DNA of 64,000 nucleotides from the NCBI GenBank assembly GCA_963843845.1, contig CAWJMB010000002.1, forward strand, positions 2,528,001-2,592,000. Reading direction: 5' to 3'. This document shows, piece by piece, positions 9,929 through 24,318 of the stretch. Numbering within the stretch: the stretch's first letter is position 1; every line of letters starts with the position of its first letter. The notes below the pieces were generated by a model that was given only the letters and a program-made list of their open reading frames with translations, ran no database searches and was not told the DNA's origin. Origin of the DNA: an uncultured Gemmatimonadaceae bacterium (lineage in GTDB: Bacteria; Gemmatimonadota; Gemmatimonadetes; Gemmatimonadales; Gemmatimonadaceae). The translations under genes were made by a program, and so were the position numbers.

Positions 9929-11650
9929 TCAGCGGGTGCCGGCGAGCACCGCCGCGCCGCCACCGCCCAGCGCGTACGCATTCTGGATGTACTGCGACAC
10001 CATGCGCTGCGTGTTGAAGAACGACCCGTTGATCGCGATCGCGTTGCGCCGCACGCCGGCGTAGCTGTAGGGGCGACCATAGTACAACGGCAGCACGACG
10101 CGCTCGAGCTGGTAGTAGAGCTCGTGCACGTCCCGCGACGGATCCTGCGGCACGGTGACGTCCGGGCCGATCGCCCAGCCCGTCGTCCCCTCGAGGCACC
10201 CCTCGACCCACCAGCCGTCGAGCACGGAGAGGCTCGGCACGCCGTTCAGCGCGGCCTTCATGCCGCTCGTTCCCGACGCCTCAAGGGGCTTCATCGGCGT
10301 GTTCAACCACACGTCCGAACCCGACGTGAGCAGCGCGCCCAACGTCATCTCGTAGTTCTCGACGTACGCGACTCTCAGCATGTCGCCCAACGCGTGCGCG
10401 GCCTCGTGCACGCGGCGGATGAGGAACTTCCCTGCCTCGTCGCGCGGGTGCGCCTTGCCGCCGAAGACGATCTGCAGCGGTCCGACGTTGCGCGCGATCG
10501 CCCGCAGCCGGTCGAGATCGGAGAACAGCAGATCGGCGCGCTTGTACGGAGTCGCCCGCCGTGCGAACCCGATGGTGAACACGTTCGGCTCGAGCGCCAC
10601 ACCCGTGCGGCTCACGACCTCCGCGATCATCGCCGCCTTCGCGGCCGCGTGCGCCGCACGGATCTCGTCGAGCGGAATCGTGATCGCGTAGCGCAGGTAC
10701 TGATTGTCGCGACGCCACTCGGGGATGTGCCGGTCGAACAGCTCGCGGAACGGCGCCGACGTCCAGGTCACGGCGTGGACACCGTTCGTGATCGAGCCGA
10801 TCGGGAACTCCGGGAACATCTCCTGGCTCACCTCGCGGTGCCGCAGCGCGACGCCGTTGATGAAGCGCGAGCAGCGCAGCGCGAGCCGCGTCATGTTCAG
10901 CTCGCCACCGTCCCAGAGCTCGGCAGAGTCGAGGAGCGCGGCGCGGCGCTCGAGGACGGCGCGCACCATCTCCTCCGCGAATCGATCGTGACCGGCCGGC
11001 ACCGGCGTGTGCGTCGTGAAGATGCAGCGACGTCCGACTGCCTCGACGTCGCTCACGCTCACCTCGAACGCGCCGCGCGACGCGAGCTGCCGCTCGAGGA
11101 GCCAGAGGCAGAGCAGCGCGGCGTGCCCTTCGTTGATGTGGTACGTGCCTTCGAATCCGAGCGCGCCGATGAGCGCCGCACCGCCGATGCCGAGCACGAC
11201 TTCCTGACACAGGCGGTAGCGCGAATCGCCGCCGTACAGCGTGTCGGTCAGCGCGCGGTCGTACTCCGAGTTCTCAGGGAGATCGGTGTCGAGGAGATAC
11301 ACGGGCACGACGTGATCGCTCACGCCGCGCACGTCGTACCGCCACGCCCGCACCGCGACCGTGCGCCCTTCGATCTCGACCGACACGGTCGGGCCAGCGG
11401 CGGGAAGGCGGTCCTCCGGCGACCACGCCGACGGCGTCTCCGTCTGCACCCCGTTCGCGTCGAGGTGCTGTCGGAAGTAGCCCTTGCGGTGCGCCAGCGT
11501 CACGCCGATGAGCGGCGCACGAAGATCGGCCGCCGAACGGAGCGTGTCGCCGGCGAGCACGCCGAGCCCGCCGCTGTACGTGGGGATCGCCTGCTCGAGG
11601 CAGATCTCCATCGAGAAGTAGGCGACGGCGGGGATCGCGCCCGTAGCCAT
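9929..11650 (-). CDS. glgP: Alpha-glucan phosphorylase (short form)
   Basis: AYFSME, YSGGLGVLAGD, HINEGH, FARRATPYKR, PLP motif EASGTSGMKAALNG. Confidence 0.93.
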   Translation of the reverse strand: MATGAIPAVAYFSMEICLEQAIPTYSGGLGVLAGDTLRSAADLRAPLIGVTLAHRKGYFRQHLDANGVQTETPSAWSPEDRLPAAGPTVSVEIEGRTVAVRAWRYDVRGVSDHVVPVYLLDTDLPENSEYDRALTDTLYGGDSRYRLCQEVVLGIGGAALIGALGFEGTYHINEGHAALLCLWLLERQLASRGAFEVSVSDVEAVGRRCIFTTHTPVPAGHDRFAEEMVRAVLERRAALLDSAELWDGGELNMTRLALRCSRFINGVALRHREVSQEMFPEFPIGSITNGVHAVTWTSAPFRELFDRHIPEWRRDNQYLRYAITIPLDEIRAAHAAAKAAMIAEVVSRTGVALEPNVFTIGFARRATPYKRADLLFSDLDRLRAIARNVGPLQIVFGGKAHPRDEAGKFLIRRVHEAAHALGDMLRVAYVENYEMTLGALLTSGSDVWLNTPMKPLEASGTSGMKAALNGVPSLSVLDGWWVEGCLEGTTGWAIGPDVTVPQDPSRDVHELYYQLERVVLPLYYGRPYSYAGVRRNAIAINGSFFNTQRMVSQYIQNAYALGGGGAAVLAGTR

Positions 11651-11816
11651 ACGGGTCCTCTGTGTGTCAGGGTCGAGCGACGCAGGAGGGCAGGCGCCGC
11701 GAAGGAGAGTGACGGTAGCCGAGACCACCGGCCGCGAAATGTGTTCGGTTTACACGAAATGCACAATCGCGTGGACCATCACGACGCCGGCGTTCCGGGC
11801 GGTCCCTATGGACGAC

Positions 11817-14493
11817 TCACCGGCGCCGGCGTTGCGGGCCGCGCCGGAGCGCCTGCCAGCGATAGCACGCGACGGGGAAGTGGGCGAGCGCCGCAGCGAC
11901 GTCGAGCGACGACCCGAGCGCGCCCGACGCGGTGCCGAACAGCGACTCGGCGTTCGATCCGACGAGCTCGGACGGCAACTCGACCCGGGTGTCGCACCAC
12001 AGGCGCTCGCCGAGGGGAGCGGCGCCCGCCGGATGCAGACGGAGCGTCAGTCGCGGAACGACCGCGAGCACGCCGCGGCCATCCAGGACGCGCGCGAACG
12101 CGACGACGTGCGCCTCGCGTGGACCCCGTACGGCCAGCGGGACGTACGCTCCGTCGCGAAACAGCGTCGGATCGTCCCGGCGCGCGCCGAGCAGGGTCCG
12201 GACGACGTGCGCGCGGAGCGGCGCCTCGTCGTCCTCTCCGAGCAGCCGCGCCGGCTCGGGGCGCTCGCCGAGCGCATCGAGCTGATCGAGGATCGCCACT
12301 CGTCGTGCGAAGTCGACGGCGCGGCGATTGTCGGGATCGACGAGCACGAGCGATCCGAGCTCCGTTCCCTGATACACGTCGGGCGTGCCGGCACCGAGCA
12401 GTTGCAGCGTCGTGCGCGAGAGCGCCGTCCACCGCGCTGCCCGCCCGACGCGGTCGACGAGCGCCGTCAGCTCGGCGCGGAACGTCGCGCTCGCCTCGCC
12501 TGCGACGAGCGCCCCGATGAACGCGTCCAGTGCCCGCTCGTACTGGTCGTCGCGGTCGGTCCAGCTCGTCTGCGCCTTCGCTTCGCGCGTGGCCTTGTGC
12601 ATGTACTCGACGACGCGGTCGCGCAACGCGTCGCGCGCGGCGTCGTTCGCCACCCCACCGACGGGCCACACGCCGACGAGCGTCTGATACAGCAAGTACT
12701 CGGCGTTCGCGTCGGGCGCGGATCGCGCGCCGACACGGCCGCGGAATCCGGCGTGCTCCCGGCGCCACCGTGCGACGAGCGCTGCCCATTCGCGCGGGAT
12801 CTCGCTCAGCGCATCGAGGCGCGCCCGCACGTCGGACCCGCGTTTCGTATCGTGTGTGTCGACCGGCGAGAGTTGGGTCGGGTACCGACTCTGCCGCTGT
12901 GCGTTCGCGGCGTGGAAGTCGTCGACGGCGGTCGCCTAACGCGCGCCCCGGATCGCTCCCGACCTCACACAGCGATGCGAGCGGGAACCAGCGGTAGAAC
13001 GCGGTGTCCTCGACCCCTTTCGCCGTCGCCGCGCCGCTCGTCTGCTGAAAGGCGAGCACGAACGCGGCGGTGCTCTGCCTGGCGCGCGCCGTCGCGTCGG
13101 CCGACGCGGACCACTCGCCGCGCAGCACGTCGCCGACGAACTGCAGGGCGAAGCGGTCGGCGACGCCGTGGCCGAACGCGCGCGTCACCGACTCGCCGAT
13201 CCAGCGGTAGTCGTCCGCACTCGCCGCGAGCGGCCGGGCCGCGTCGTCGGTCGACTCGACGTACGTGCGGTAGACCCGCAGCTCCGCCACGAGCTGCACG
13301 ATCGCCTCGTAGAGCATCGTGCGCGACAGTCGCGGCGCGACGCCGTGCGCGGCGCGCGCGAGCTGGCGGACGAGGCGCCGCACGTCGGTGTCGAACGCGC
13401 GGCGCAGCACCAGCTCCTTGCCGCGCACCGCGACCTCGTCGAAGCCGCCGCGGTCGGCGCGCACCCGGATGAACCGGCGATACGCCGCGTCGATCGTCGC
13501 CATGCCCGCCGCGTCGACGAACACGGTCTCGATCGCGTTCAGCGACTCGTACCCCGTCGTGCCGTCGACGGGCCACTCGCCGCGCAACGCCTCGTCGCCT
13601 CCGAGAATCTTCTCCACGAAGATCGGGACGTGGTCACCCGGGCGCCGCGCGTCGAGCTCGGCGCGCAGACGTCGCAGGTACGCGAGTGGCGACCTGAGCC
13701 CGTCGACGTGATCGACACGCAGGCCGTCGATCGATCCGTCGCGCACACGGTCGAGCGTCCAGGCGTGCGTGAGATCGAACACGGCCGGGTCGTCGACGCG
13801 CACGGCGGCGAGCTCGCCGACATCGAAGAAGCGGCGGTAGTTCAGCTCGCGCGGCCCGCGCCGCCAGTGGACTGGGCGCCAGTGCTGACGCGCGACCAAC
13901 GCGGCGAGCGGCTCGCCGCTCACCTGCTCGACGTCGACGAGGGTCGGCAGCGTTCGCGGATCGATCGGCCACTCGTGCTCGTAGTACACCGCGCGGACCT
14001 CGCCGTCGCGCCACGCGAGGCGCAGCTCGCCGCTCGCGATCACCGCCGCGAGCTCGCCGCCCAACGAGGGGAGGATGACGACGCCCTCGCGACCCGGCAC
14101 GGTCCAGTCCACGTCGAACACCCTCGCGAAGGCCGACTCCTGGCCGTAGCGCAGCGTGTCCATCCAGAACGGGTTCGCTGGACCGATCCCCATGTGGTTC
14201 GGCACGATGTCCACGACGAGTCCCATGCCGTGTGCGTGCACGTCGTGCGCGAGCGCCTCGAACCCCGCATCGCCGCCGAGCGCCGGGTTGGCGATGCGCG
14301 GGTCGGCGACGTCGTAGCCGTGGCCGCTCCCCGGCCGCGCCGCCAGCACCGGCGACAGATACACGTGCGAGACGCCGAGCCGCGAGAGATACGGCAGCAC
14401 GCGCCGGGCAGCGTCGAACGGAAACTCCGCGTTCAGTTGCAGCCGGTACGTCGCGGTGAGGGGCGGCCGTTGCTGCCCGCGCGGCTCGCTCAC
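11817..14493 (-). CDS. treY: Maltooligosyl-trehalose synthase (frameshift near 12920)
   Basis: ATYRLQL, HGYDVAD, DIVPNHM, GLRVDHVDGL, VEKIL, AKGVEDTAFYR; C-terminus in another frame (PDVYQG..LVDPDNRR). Confidence 0.9.
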
Positions 14494-16641
14494 GGAACCC
14501 ACGCGCGCTCGTCGCCGAGCGCGAGACGCACGGAGGGGTCCGACGCGAGCTCGTCGAGCCCCATGGTCAGGCGGCGGCTCCAGCACGGGTACCGATCGAC
14601 TCCGACGCCCGGCACGTTGACCGGCTCCGTCTCCCCGACGAGGTCATCGAGCGAGATGCCCACGAGCCACGACGGGGCCCGCCGCAGCACACTGTGCACG
14701 GCAGCGCGCACGACCGGCTCCGGCACCGCATCCGCGCCCAGCTCGGCGACGCTCGGGTCGAGCACCCCTTCGGCCACGAGCAGCGCGAGCAGCGCCTCGC
14801 GATCGTGTGCGCGTTCGGCGTGCGCACGCGCGAGCGCCTCGTCGTCCGCGAGCAGCCCGACGTCACGGCGAATGTCCAGCTCCCGTCCCCGCCACCAGCC
14901 CGCGAGCGGCGCGAGGTCGTGCGTGTTCACCGTCGCGAGCGCGCCGCGCGGATAGTGCCGCGGCGTGCGGAAGCCGCCGCGCTCGTCGCGTTCGAAGTAG
15001 AGGACCTTGGACGACAGCACGCCCCACCGCGCGAGCGCCGGCGGCACCTCGGGCGGCACGGTTCCGAGGTCCTCGCCGACGACGAGCGCGTTCGCCCGTG
15101 TCGCTTCGAGCGCGAGGATGCCCAACAGCTCGTCGGCCGGGAAGCGCACGTACGCGCCGTCGGCGCCGCTCATCCCCTCCGGGATCCAGAACTGGCGGAA
15201 CAGGCCCAGGACGTGGTCGAGCCGCAGCGCGCCCGCGTGCCGCAGCGCGCCGCGCAGCAGCGCGGTCCAGTAGCGATAGCCGTCCTCGCGCAGCGCGTGC
15301 GGGCTGATCGGCGGCAGCCCCCAGTTCTGCCCGTCGGGGCCTAACGGATCCGGCGGCGCGCCGACGCTGACCCGTTCGACGAACAGCGACGGCGACGCCC
15401 ACACGTCGCTGCCCGCCGGGGACGTCCCGATCGCGAGGTCCTCGTACAGGCCGATCGGCATCCCCCGCGCTCGTGCGCCCCGCGCCGCCTCGCCGAGCTG
15501 GCGATCGAGCTCGAACTGCAGCCACCGATGGTAGTCGACGCGCGTCGCGTGCTCGGTGGCGAACGTCTCGACGGCCGGCGACTCCGGGTGCTGGTATGCC
15601 GCGGGCCACTCGCGCCACCAGCCGCACCCCTGGGGCCGGAAGTGCTCGTCGAGCGCCTGGAACCGCGCGAACCGCTCGAGCGCGTTCCCTCCCGCGCGCG
15701 CCAGGTCGCGTACGCATCGCGACGACCGCCGCGGCCGGGTCGCGAACGCGCGGTGCAGCGCCTCGAGCGCCGCGTGCTTGAGCCGCATGACCTCGGCGTA
15801 CTCGACGCGAGACGTCTCGCGGACGCGCCGGAGCGCGTCCGACGTCTCGATCCGCGCGACGAGCGCCTGGGTCGCTCGCATCGTGCGCGAGCTCGGGGAT
15901 CGCGGCGACGTCGAGGTAGAGCGGGTTGCGGTACAGCCGGCTGACCGGGCTGTACGGGCTGATGTCGCCGTCGGCGTTGCGCAGCGCATGCAGCGGATTC
16001 ACGCCGACGAATGCGGCGCCCAGGTCGGCCGCCGTACCCAGCAGCGTCGCGAGGTCCGAGAGATCGCCGACCCCCCAGCTCCGTCGGCTGCGAACCGTGT
16101 ACAGATTCGCCGTGAGGCCGAACACCCGCCGACCGCCTAACGACGCGCCCGGCGAGGGACACGACGGCGGAACCACGACGAGTCGCTGTGTCGCCGTCCG
16201 CTCGTCGGCCCCGGCGGCACGCGCGGCGACCTGCACCGCATGGTAGCCGAGCGGAAGCTCGGTGCCGAACGCGATCGTCGCGCGCCCGTCGTCGTCGAGC
16301 GGGACGCGTCCTTCGACCCGGACCGGGTCGCCGCCGTCGACCTCGACGTCGACGGTGAACTCGACGCTCGCCCCGCCCGCGTCGGGGAGTGTGACGACCA
16401 GGTCGCCGACCCGTTCGTGGTGAGCGACGCGCAGCGGCGCGACGAGTCGGCGCTGACGACGCGCGAGGATCGCGGCGAGATGCTCCTGGGCTTCGGTGTC
16501 ACTCCCGACATCGTGACCGAGTGCCTGGAGCAGCGCGAGGCGTGTCGGGTCGCTCGTCACCCGCCGCGTCCCCGAGACGTCGAAGTACTCGCCGAGGATG
16601 CCGACGGCGTCAGCGAGACGAACCAGCGCGCCGTCACTCAT
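14490..16641 (-). CDS. malQ: 4-alpha-glucanotransferase / amylomaltase (frameshift near 15880)
   Basis: [52 protein letters not shown] split over two frames. Confidence 0.9.
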
Positions 16642-16647
16642 CCCGGG

Positions 16648-19080
16648 TCACGTCGGCCTGCGGCGGCGACGCGGCTGCGGCGTGTGGGCCGCCGGAACGA
16701 GCACGTTCTCCACGGCGAGCGACGGGACGCGCTCGCCGTCGAGCGCGCTCGCTTCGTCGGCGACGTCCGCACCCTCCGCAGTGCCTCGCTCGGGAACGAG
16801 CACGAGCGCGCCGAGCGGCGGCAGCGTCAGCTCGACGCTGTGGGCGTGGCCGTGAAAGGGTGCGGCGTCGGCGGCGACCTGCTCGGCCGCACCGATCCCG
16901 CTCCCACCGAACCGTTCGTCGTCGGACGACAGCGCGACGCGGTACGGCCCCGCGCCCGGCACGCCGATGCGGTAGTGCTCGCGCGGCACCGGCGTCAGGT
17001 TGAGCACGACGACGACGTGCCGCTCGCCGTCGTTCCGCACGTACGAGACGACCGAATTCTGCCGATCGCCGACGTCGATCCACCGAAACCCGGTCCAGTC
17101 GTGGTCGTGCTTCCAGAATGCCGGGTGCGCGCGGTACACGGCGCCCAGCGCCTCCATGAACCGGTCGAAGCCGGCCCGCATCGGGTCCTCGAGCAGGTGC
17201 CAGTCGAGGCTCGCGTCGTGGTTCCACTCGCGCGGCGTCGCCAGCTCCGTTCCCATGAACAGCAGCTTCTTGCCGGGACGCGTGAACTGATAGGCGAGGA
17301 GCAGGCGCAGGTTCGCGAGCTTCATGCCACTTGTCGCCCGGCATCTTCTCGAGCAGCGACCGCTTGAGGTGCACGACCTCGTCGTGCGACAGCGGCATGA
17401 TGAAGCGCTCGCTGTACTCGTACATCATCGCGAACGTCAGCTTGTCCTGGTGCTGCGAGCGGAAGAGCGGGTCGATCGAGAAGTACTCGAGGGTGTCGTG
17501 CATCCACCCCATGTTCCACTTGAACGTGAAGCCGAGCCCGCCCTCGCCCACCGGCTGCGTCACCCCCGGCCACGCCGTGGACTCCTCGGCGATCATGATG
17601 ACGCCGGGGCACTCGGTCTTCACGGCGTGGTTCACGGCTCGCAGAAACTCGATCGCGTCGAGATTCTCGCGCCCTCCGAACCTGTTGCGCAGCCACTGTC
17701 CCGGCGCGCGGCTGTAGTCGAGGTAGAGCATCGACGCGACGGCGTCCACGCGGAGGCCGTCGATGTGGAACTCGTCGATCCAGTAGAGCGCGTTCGCGAG
17801 GAGGAAGTTGCGCACCTCGTGGCGCGCGTAGTTGAAGATCAGCGTGCCCCAGTCGGGGTGCTCGCCGAGCCGCGGGTCCTCGTGCTCGTAGAGCGCCGTG
17901 CCGTCGAAACGGCGCAGCGCGTAGTCGTCCTTCGGAAAGTGCGCCGGCACCCAGTCGAGCAGCACGCCGATGCCCGCCTGGTGCAGCGTGTCGACGAGAA
18001 AGCGGAAGTCGTCGGGCGTGCCGTAGCGCGACGTCGGCGCGAAGTAGCCCGTGACCTGATAGCCCCACGAGCCGTAGAAGGGATGCTCGCCGACCGGCAG
18101 CAGCTCGACGTGCGTGAAGCCGAGGCGCTTCACGTGCTCCGCGAGCCGCGGCGCGATCTCGCGGTAGGTGAGCGATCGGTTCCCGTCTTCCGGCACGCGC
18201 GCCCACGAGCCGAGGTGCACCTCGTAGATCGCCATCGGCGCGTGGACGGGGTCGCGCGTCGTGCGCTGGTCGATCCACGCGCGGTCGTTCCACGCGTACG
18301 TGTCGTCGTCGACGACGATCGACGCCGTCGCCGGCGCCTGCTGCATCATGCGCGCGAACGGGTCGGTCTTGAGCCGCGGCGTACCCTTCGCGCGTGAGCA
18401 GCTCGAACTTGTAGAGCGTGCCCGGCGCCACGCCGGGGATGAACAGCTCCCACACGCCCGCTCGCCGCCGAGCCGCCGCATCGGGTACACGCGGCCGTCC
18501 CAGCGACAGAACTCGCCGACGACGCTGACGCGCCGCGCGTTCGGCGCCCACACCGCGAACGCGACGCCCGCGACGCCGTCGACCTCGCGCAGGTGGGCGC
18601 CGAGCTTCTCCCACAGCCGGCGGTGCGTCCCCTCGTTGAACAGGTGCAGATCGACGTCGCCGAGCGTCGGCAGGAAGCGATACGGCTCGTCGCGCTCCCA
18701 CGTGGCGCCGTCGGCGAACCGAAAGCGCACGCGGTAGCGAAACGGCAGCGTCTCTCCGGGGAAGAAGACGCTGAACACGCCCCGCGCCTGCTCCGTCATG
18801 TCGATCGACCGCGCCGTCCGGCAGCAGACACGACGCCGACGTCGCGTCGGGGTGCCAGGCGCGGATCGTGAGCCCCGCGATGTCGTCCACGCGCTCCGGG
18901 TGCGCGCCGAGGATCGCGTGCGGGTCGACGGTATCGGCGGCGAGCAGACGCGGCGACGTCGGCCGGTGCCGCGTACGGCGCCGGCATCGCGACCGCGCTC
19001 GGCTCCTCGGCGTTCGACACGCGCGTCGAGCGCGTCGTGCGCGTCGCGCCAGCCGCGCCCTTCCGGCGTTCGGCGCTCAT
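16648..19080 (-). CDS. glgB: 1,4-alpha-glucan branching enzyme (several frameshifts)
   Basis: [56 protein letters not shown]; start approximate. Confidence 0.92.
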
Positions 19081-21263
19081 CGGGCGACCCGGGTGAGCGT
19101 GGCGGTGCGTATCGACCCGCCGGTCGGCGCCGAACGACAGGAGCGCGATCGAGAAGCCGGCGAGCTGCACCGCGTCGCCGCCCGTCGGACCGTGCGCGTC
19201 ACTCGCGCTGTCCACGACCGTGCGCCACGCCCCGTCGCCGGGCACGTCGGGCAGCGTGAAGGTCTGCTCGTCGAAGCCGCCGTTGAGCAGGAGGAGCATC
19301 GTGTCGCCGCGCACCGGGCGCCCGCGGTCGTCGGTCTCGTCGGCGGCCTCGCCGCTGATCAGCATCCCGATCGCATGGGTGCGGCCCGCCTCCCAATCGT
19401 CGTTCGTCATCTCGTGCCCGTCCGGTCGGAGCCAGGTGAGATCCTTCGCGCCCGCCGCGTGCACCGGTCGGCCGCGGAAGAAGCTCCGGCGTCGCAGCAC
19501 CGGGTTCGCGTGGCGGATCGCGAAGGCGCGGCGCGCGAACGCGAGGAGCTCGCGCTGCCACGGCTCGAGCGACCAGTCGATCCAGCTGATCTCGTTGTCC
19601 TGCGCGTACGCGTTGTTGTTGCCGCCCTGCGTGCGGCCGAACTCGTCGCCGTGCGAGATCATGGGCACGCCCTGCGAGAACGCCAGCGTCGCGAGGAAGT
19701 TGCGCATCGCGCGCCGCCGCCTGTCCACGACGGCCTCGTCGTCGGTCTCTCCCTCGACGCCCCAGTTGCGCGACAGATTGTCGTCGTGGCCGTCGCGGTT
19801 CCCCTCGCCGTTCGCCTCGTTGTGCTTGCGCTCGTACGTCACGAGATCGCGCAGCGTGTAGCCGTCGTGCGCGGTGACGAAGTTGACGCTCGCGTACGCC
19901 TGCCGGTCGCTCCACTCGTAGATGTCGCTCGACCCGGACAGGCGCGAGGCGATCTCGGGGACCATCCCGCGGTCGCCGCGCCAGTAGCGACGCATGGCGT
20001 CACGATACTTCCCGTTCCATTCGGCCCACCCGACGGGGAAGTTGCCGACCTGATACCCGCCGGGCCCGACGTCCCACGGCTCGGCGATGAGCTTCACGCG
20101 CGAGAGGACGGGATCCTGATGGATGATGTCGAAGAACGCCGAGAGTCGGTTGACCTCGAACAGTTCGCGCGCGAGCACGGGCGCGAGGTCGAACCGGAAT
20201 CCGTCGACGTGCATCTCGGTCACCCAGTAGCGGAGCGAGTCCATGATGAGCTGGATCGTCCGCGGGTGCATCATGTTCAGCGAGTTGCCGGTCCCGGTGA
20301 AATCCATGTAGTAGCGCGGATCGTCCGGGTTCAGCAGGTAGTACGCCTTGTTGTCGACGCCGCGCAGCGACAGCGTCGGGCCGAGGTGATTGCCCTCGCC
20401 CGTATGGTTGTACACCACGTCGAGGATCACTTCGATCCCCGCGGAGTGCAGCTTCTTCACCATCGACTTGAACTCGTAGACCTGCTGCCCGTACTGCGGG
20501 CGCGCGGCGGCTGCGTCGCTCGTGCCGATGGTGGAATAGCGGATGTCCGGCGCGAAGAACGCGATCGAGTTGTAGCCCCAGTAGTTCGACAGCCCGCGCT
20601 CGGCGAGGTGGCGATCGACGACGTAGTGGTGCACCGGCAGCAGCTCGACCGCGGTCACGCCTAACGCGAGGAAGTAGTCGATCATCGGGTCGGAGGCCAG
20701 CCCCAGATACGTGCCGCGATAGCGCTCGTCGATGTCGGGGTGCCGGATCGGTCATCCCCTTCACGTGGCACTCGTAGATCACCGTCCGGTTCCACGGCGT
20801 GCGCGGCGGCCGGTCGTCGGCCCAGGTGAAGGCGTTGTCGACGACGACGCTCTTCGGAACGCCCGCGGCGCTGTCGTCGGTCGTCGGCTCGAGGTCCTCG
20901 CTCCGTCCGCCCACCTTGTAGCCGAACAGCGCGTCGCTCCACCGGATCGTGCTCCCGACCGCCTTCGCGTACGGGATCGATGAGCAGCTTCGCCGCGTTG
21001 AAGCGGTGACCGTTCGCTGGATCGTACGGGCCGTGCACGCGGTAGCCGTAGAGCTGCCCCGGCCGCACGTCGGGCAGGTAGCAGTGCCACACCTGGTCGC
21101 TCCGCTCGCGCAGCGGGATCTTCGTCGTCTCCCGCGCGTCGTCCGCCGAGTCGAACAGACACAGCTCGACGGCCGTGGCGTTCTCCGAGAACAGCGCGAA
21201 GTTGACGCCCTCGCCGTCCCAGTGGGCGCCCAACGGGAAGGGCTGGCCGGGCCACACGCGCAT
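19077..21263 (-). CDS. glgX: Glycogen debranching enzyme (frameshifts)
   Basis: [48 protein letters not shown]; end inferred at the ATGA overlap with glgB. Confidence 0.92.
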
Positions 21264-22656
21264 CAGGCGACCCTCGCGTCTGGCGACGCCGTGAGGCGCG
21301 CGATGCCGGCGAGCGGGATCGGCACCCACGTCGGGCGATTGCGCAGCTCGTACGCCAGCTCGTAGAACGCCTTCTCGAGCTCGAACAGGCCGACCAGCGC
21401 GTCCGCGTTCGTGCGGACGCGTGGCAGGTACGTCGCAGGCGTGTCGCCGAAATACCCGTCGAGGAACGCGGCACGCGACGTGGCCTCCCACCGCGCCGCG
21501 TGCCCCGCCACGACCGCGTCACCGGGGCGCTCGAACGCGGCCGTCGCGGCCGCATAGGCGAACGAGCGCAGCATTCCTGCCACGTCGCGCAGGGGCGAAT
21601 GGCGCGCACGGCGCTCGTCGAGCGGGCGCGATGGCTCTCCTTCGAAGTCGATCACGTACAACGTTCCGTCCGGCGCACGAAGAATCTGTCCGAGGTGATA
21701 GTCACCATGGTGCCGCGTCGCGGCGCCGGCGTCGTCCGCCGCGCGCGCCGCCGCGGCGTCGAGCGCGGCGACGACCGACGCCGCGTCGAGAGCGCCGACG
21801 GCGGCGCCCTGCGCGCGAGCGTGCTGGCCGAGCCGTTCCAGTGCCCCCGACGCGAGCCGTTCGCGCAGCAACCAGAGCCCACGCTCGACCGAGCGCGCGG
21901 CCGATGCCGCCCAGCGCGCGGCCGTCGCGCCGTCGGCCGGTCGCGGCGCGAAGTCCGGGTCGCTCGGGTCGGACGCGAGCGCGTCGTGCAGCGCGCGCGT
22001 GACCTCGCCCACTCGACGCGCCTCGTCCGCGCCGGCCTCGTCGCGCCCGTCGGATGCAGCGGCGCGCGCGTGCTGCACGACCTGCCCCCACGCATCGCCC
22101 GCGCCCGGAACGAACGCCTGCGCCATCGCCGCGAGCGACGCGCCGCGCGCGTCGTGCACGGTGAGTGTAGCGAGCAGGGGCGGGGTGTGGGCGAAGCCGC
22201 GTCGCGTCAGGAAGCGCACGATCTCGACGTCCGGATGCACGCCCGGCGTGAGCCGCCGGAACAGCTTCACGATCGCGCGGTCGCCGTAGACGATCGACGT
22301 GTTGCTCTGCTCGGTGCCTAACGCGCGGGACGACTCCGCGCCGCCGTGCAGCACGTCGACACCCGCCTCGGGCTCGGCGACGAGCGCGGCGTCCGTTCCA
22401 CGCACCGTCGCGCCGCTCGCCAGCAGTCGCGCGAGCCCCGCCCGGACGTCCGCGTCGCCGAGCGCGTCGTACTGCGCGCCGCGCGGCCAGAGCTGGTAGT
22501 GCACCGGCCGCCCGTCGACTTCGGCGTGTACGACGACGCACGCCGACCCGGTTTCCCCGACCGGCACCTCGGCCTCGACGCGCACGCCGCGCAGCGCCTC
22601 GCCGCGCGCCCCCGACCACCGCTGCGACGCGATGTAGCCGCCTAACGATTCGTCGC

Positions 22657-22660
<4 letters not shown>
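21263..22660 (-). CDS. mak: Maltokinase (Pep2/Mak)
   Basis: [48 protein letters not shown]. Confidence 0.88.

Positions 22661-24314
<1,654 letters not shown>

Positions 24315-24318
<4 letters not shown>

Noticed and set aside
18796..20685. Apparent GlgX-GlgB read-through fusion
   Set aside because: An ATGA overlap at 19077-19080 suggests separate genes joined by an indel.
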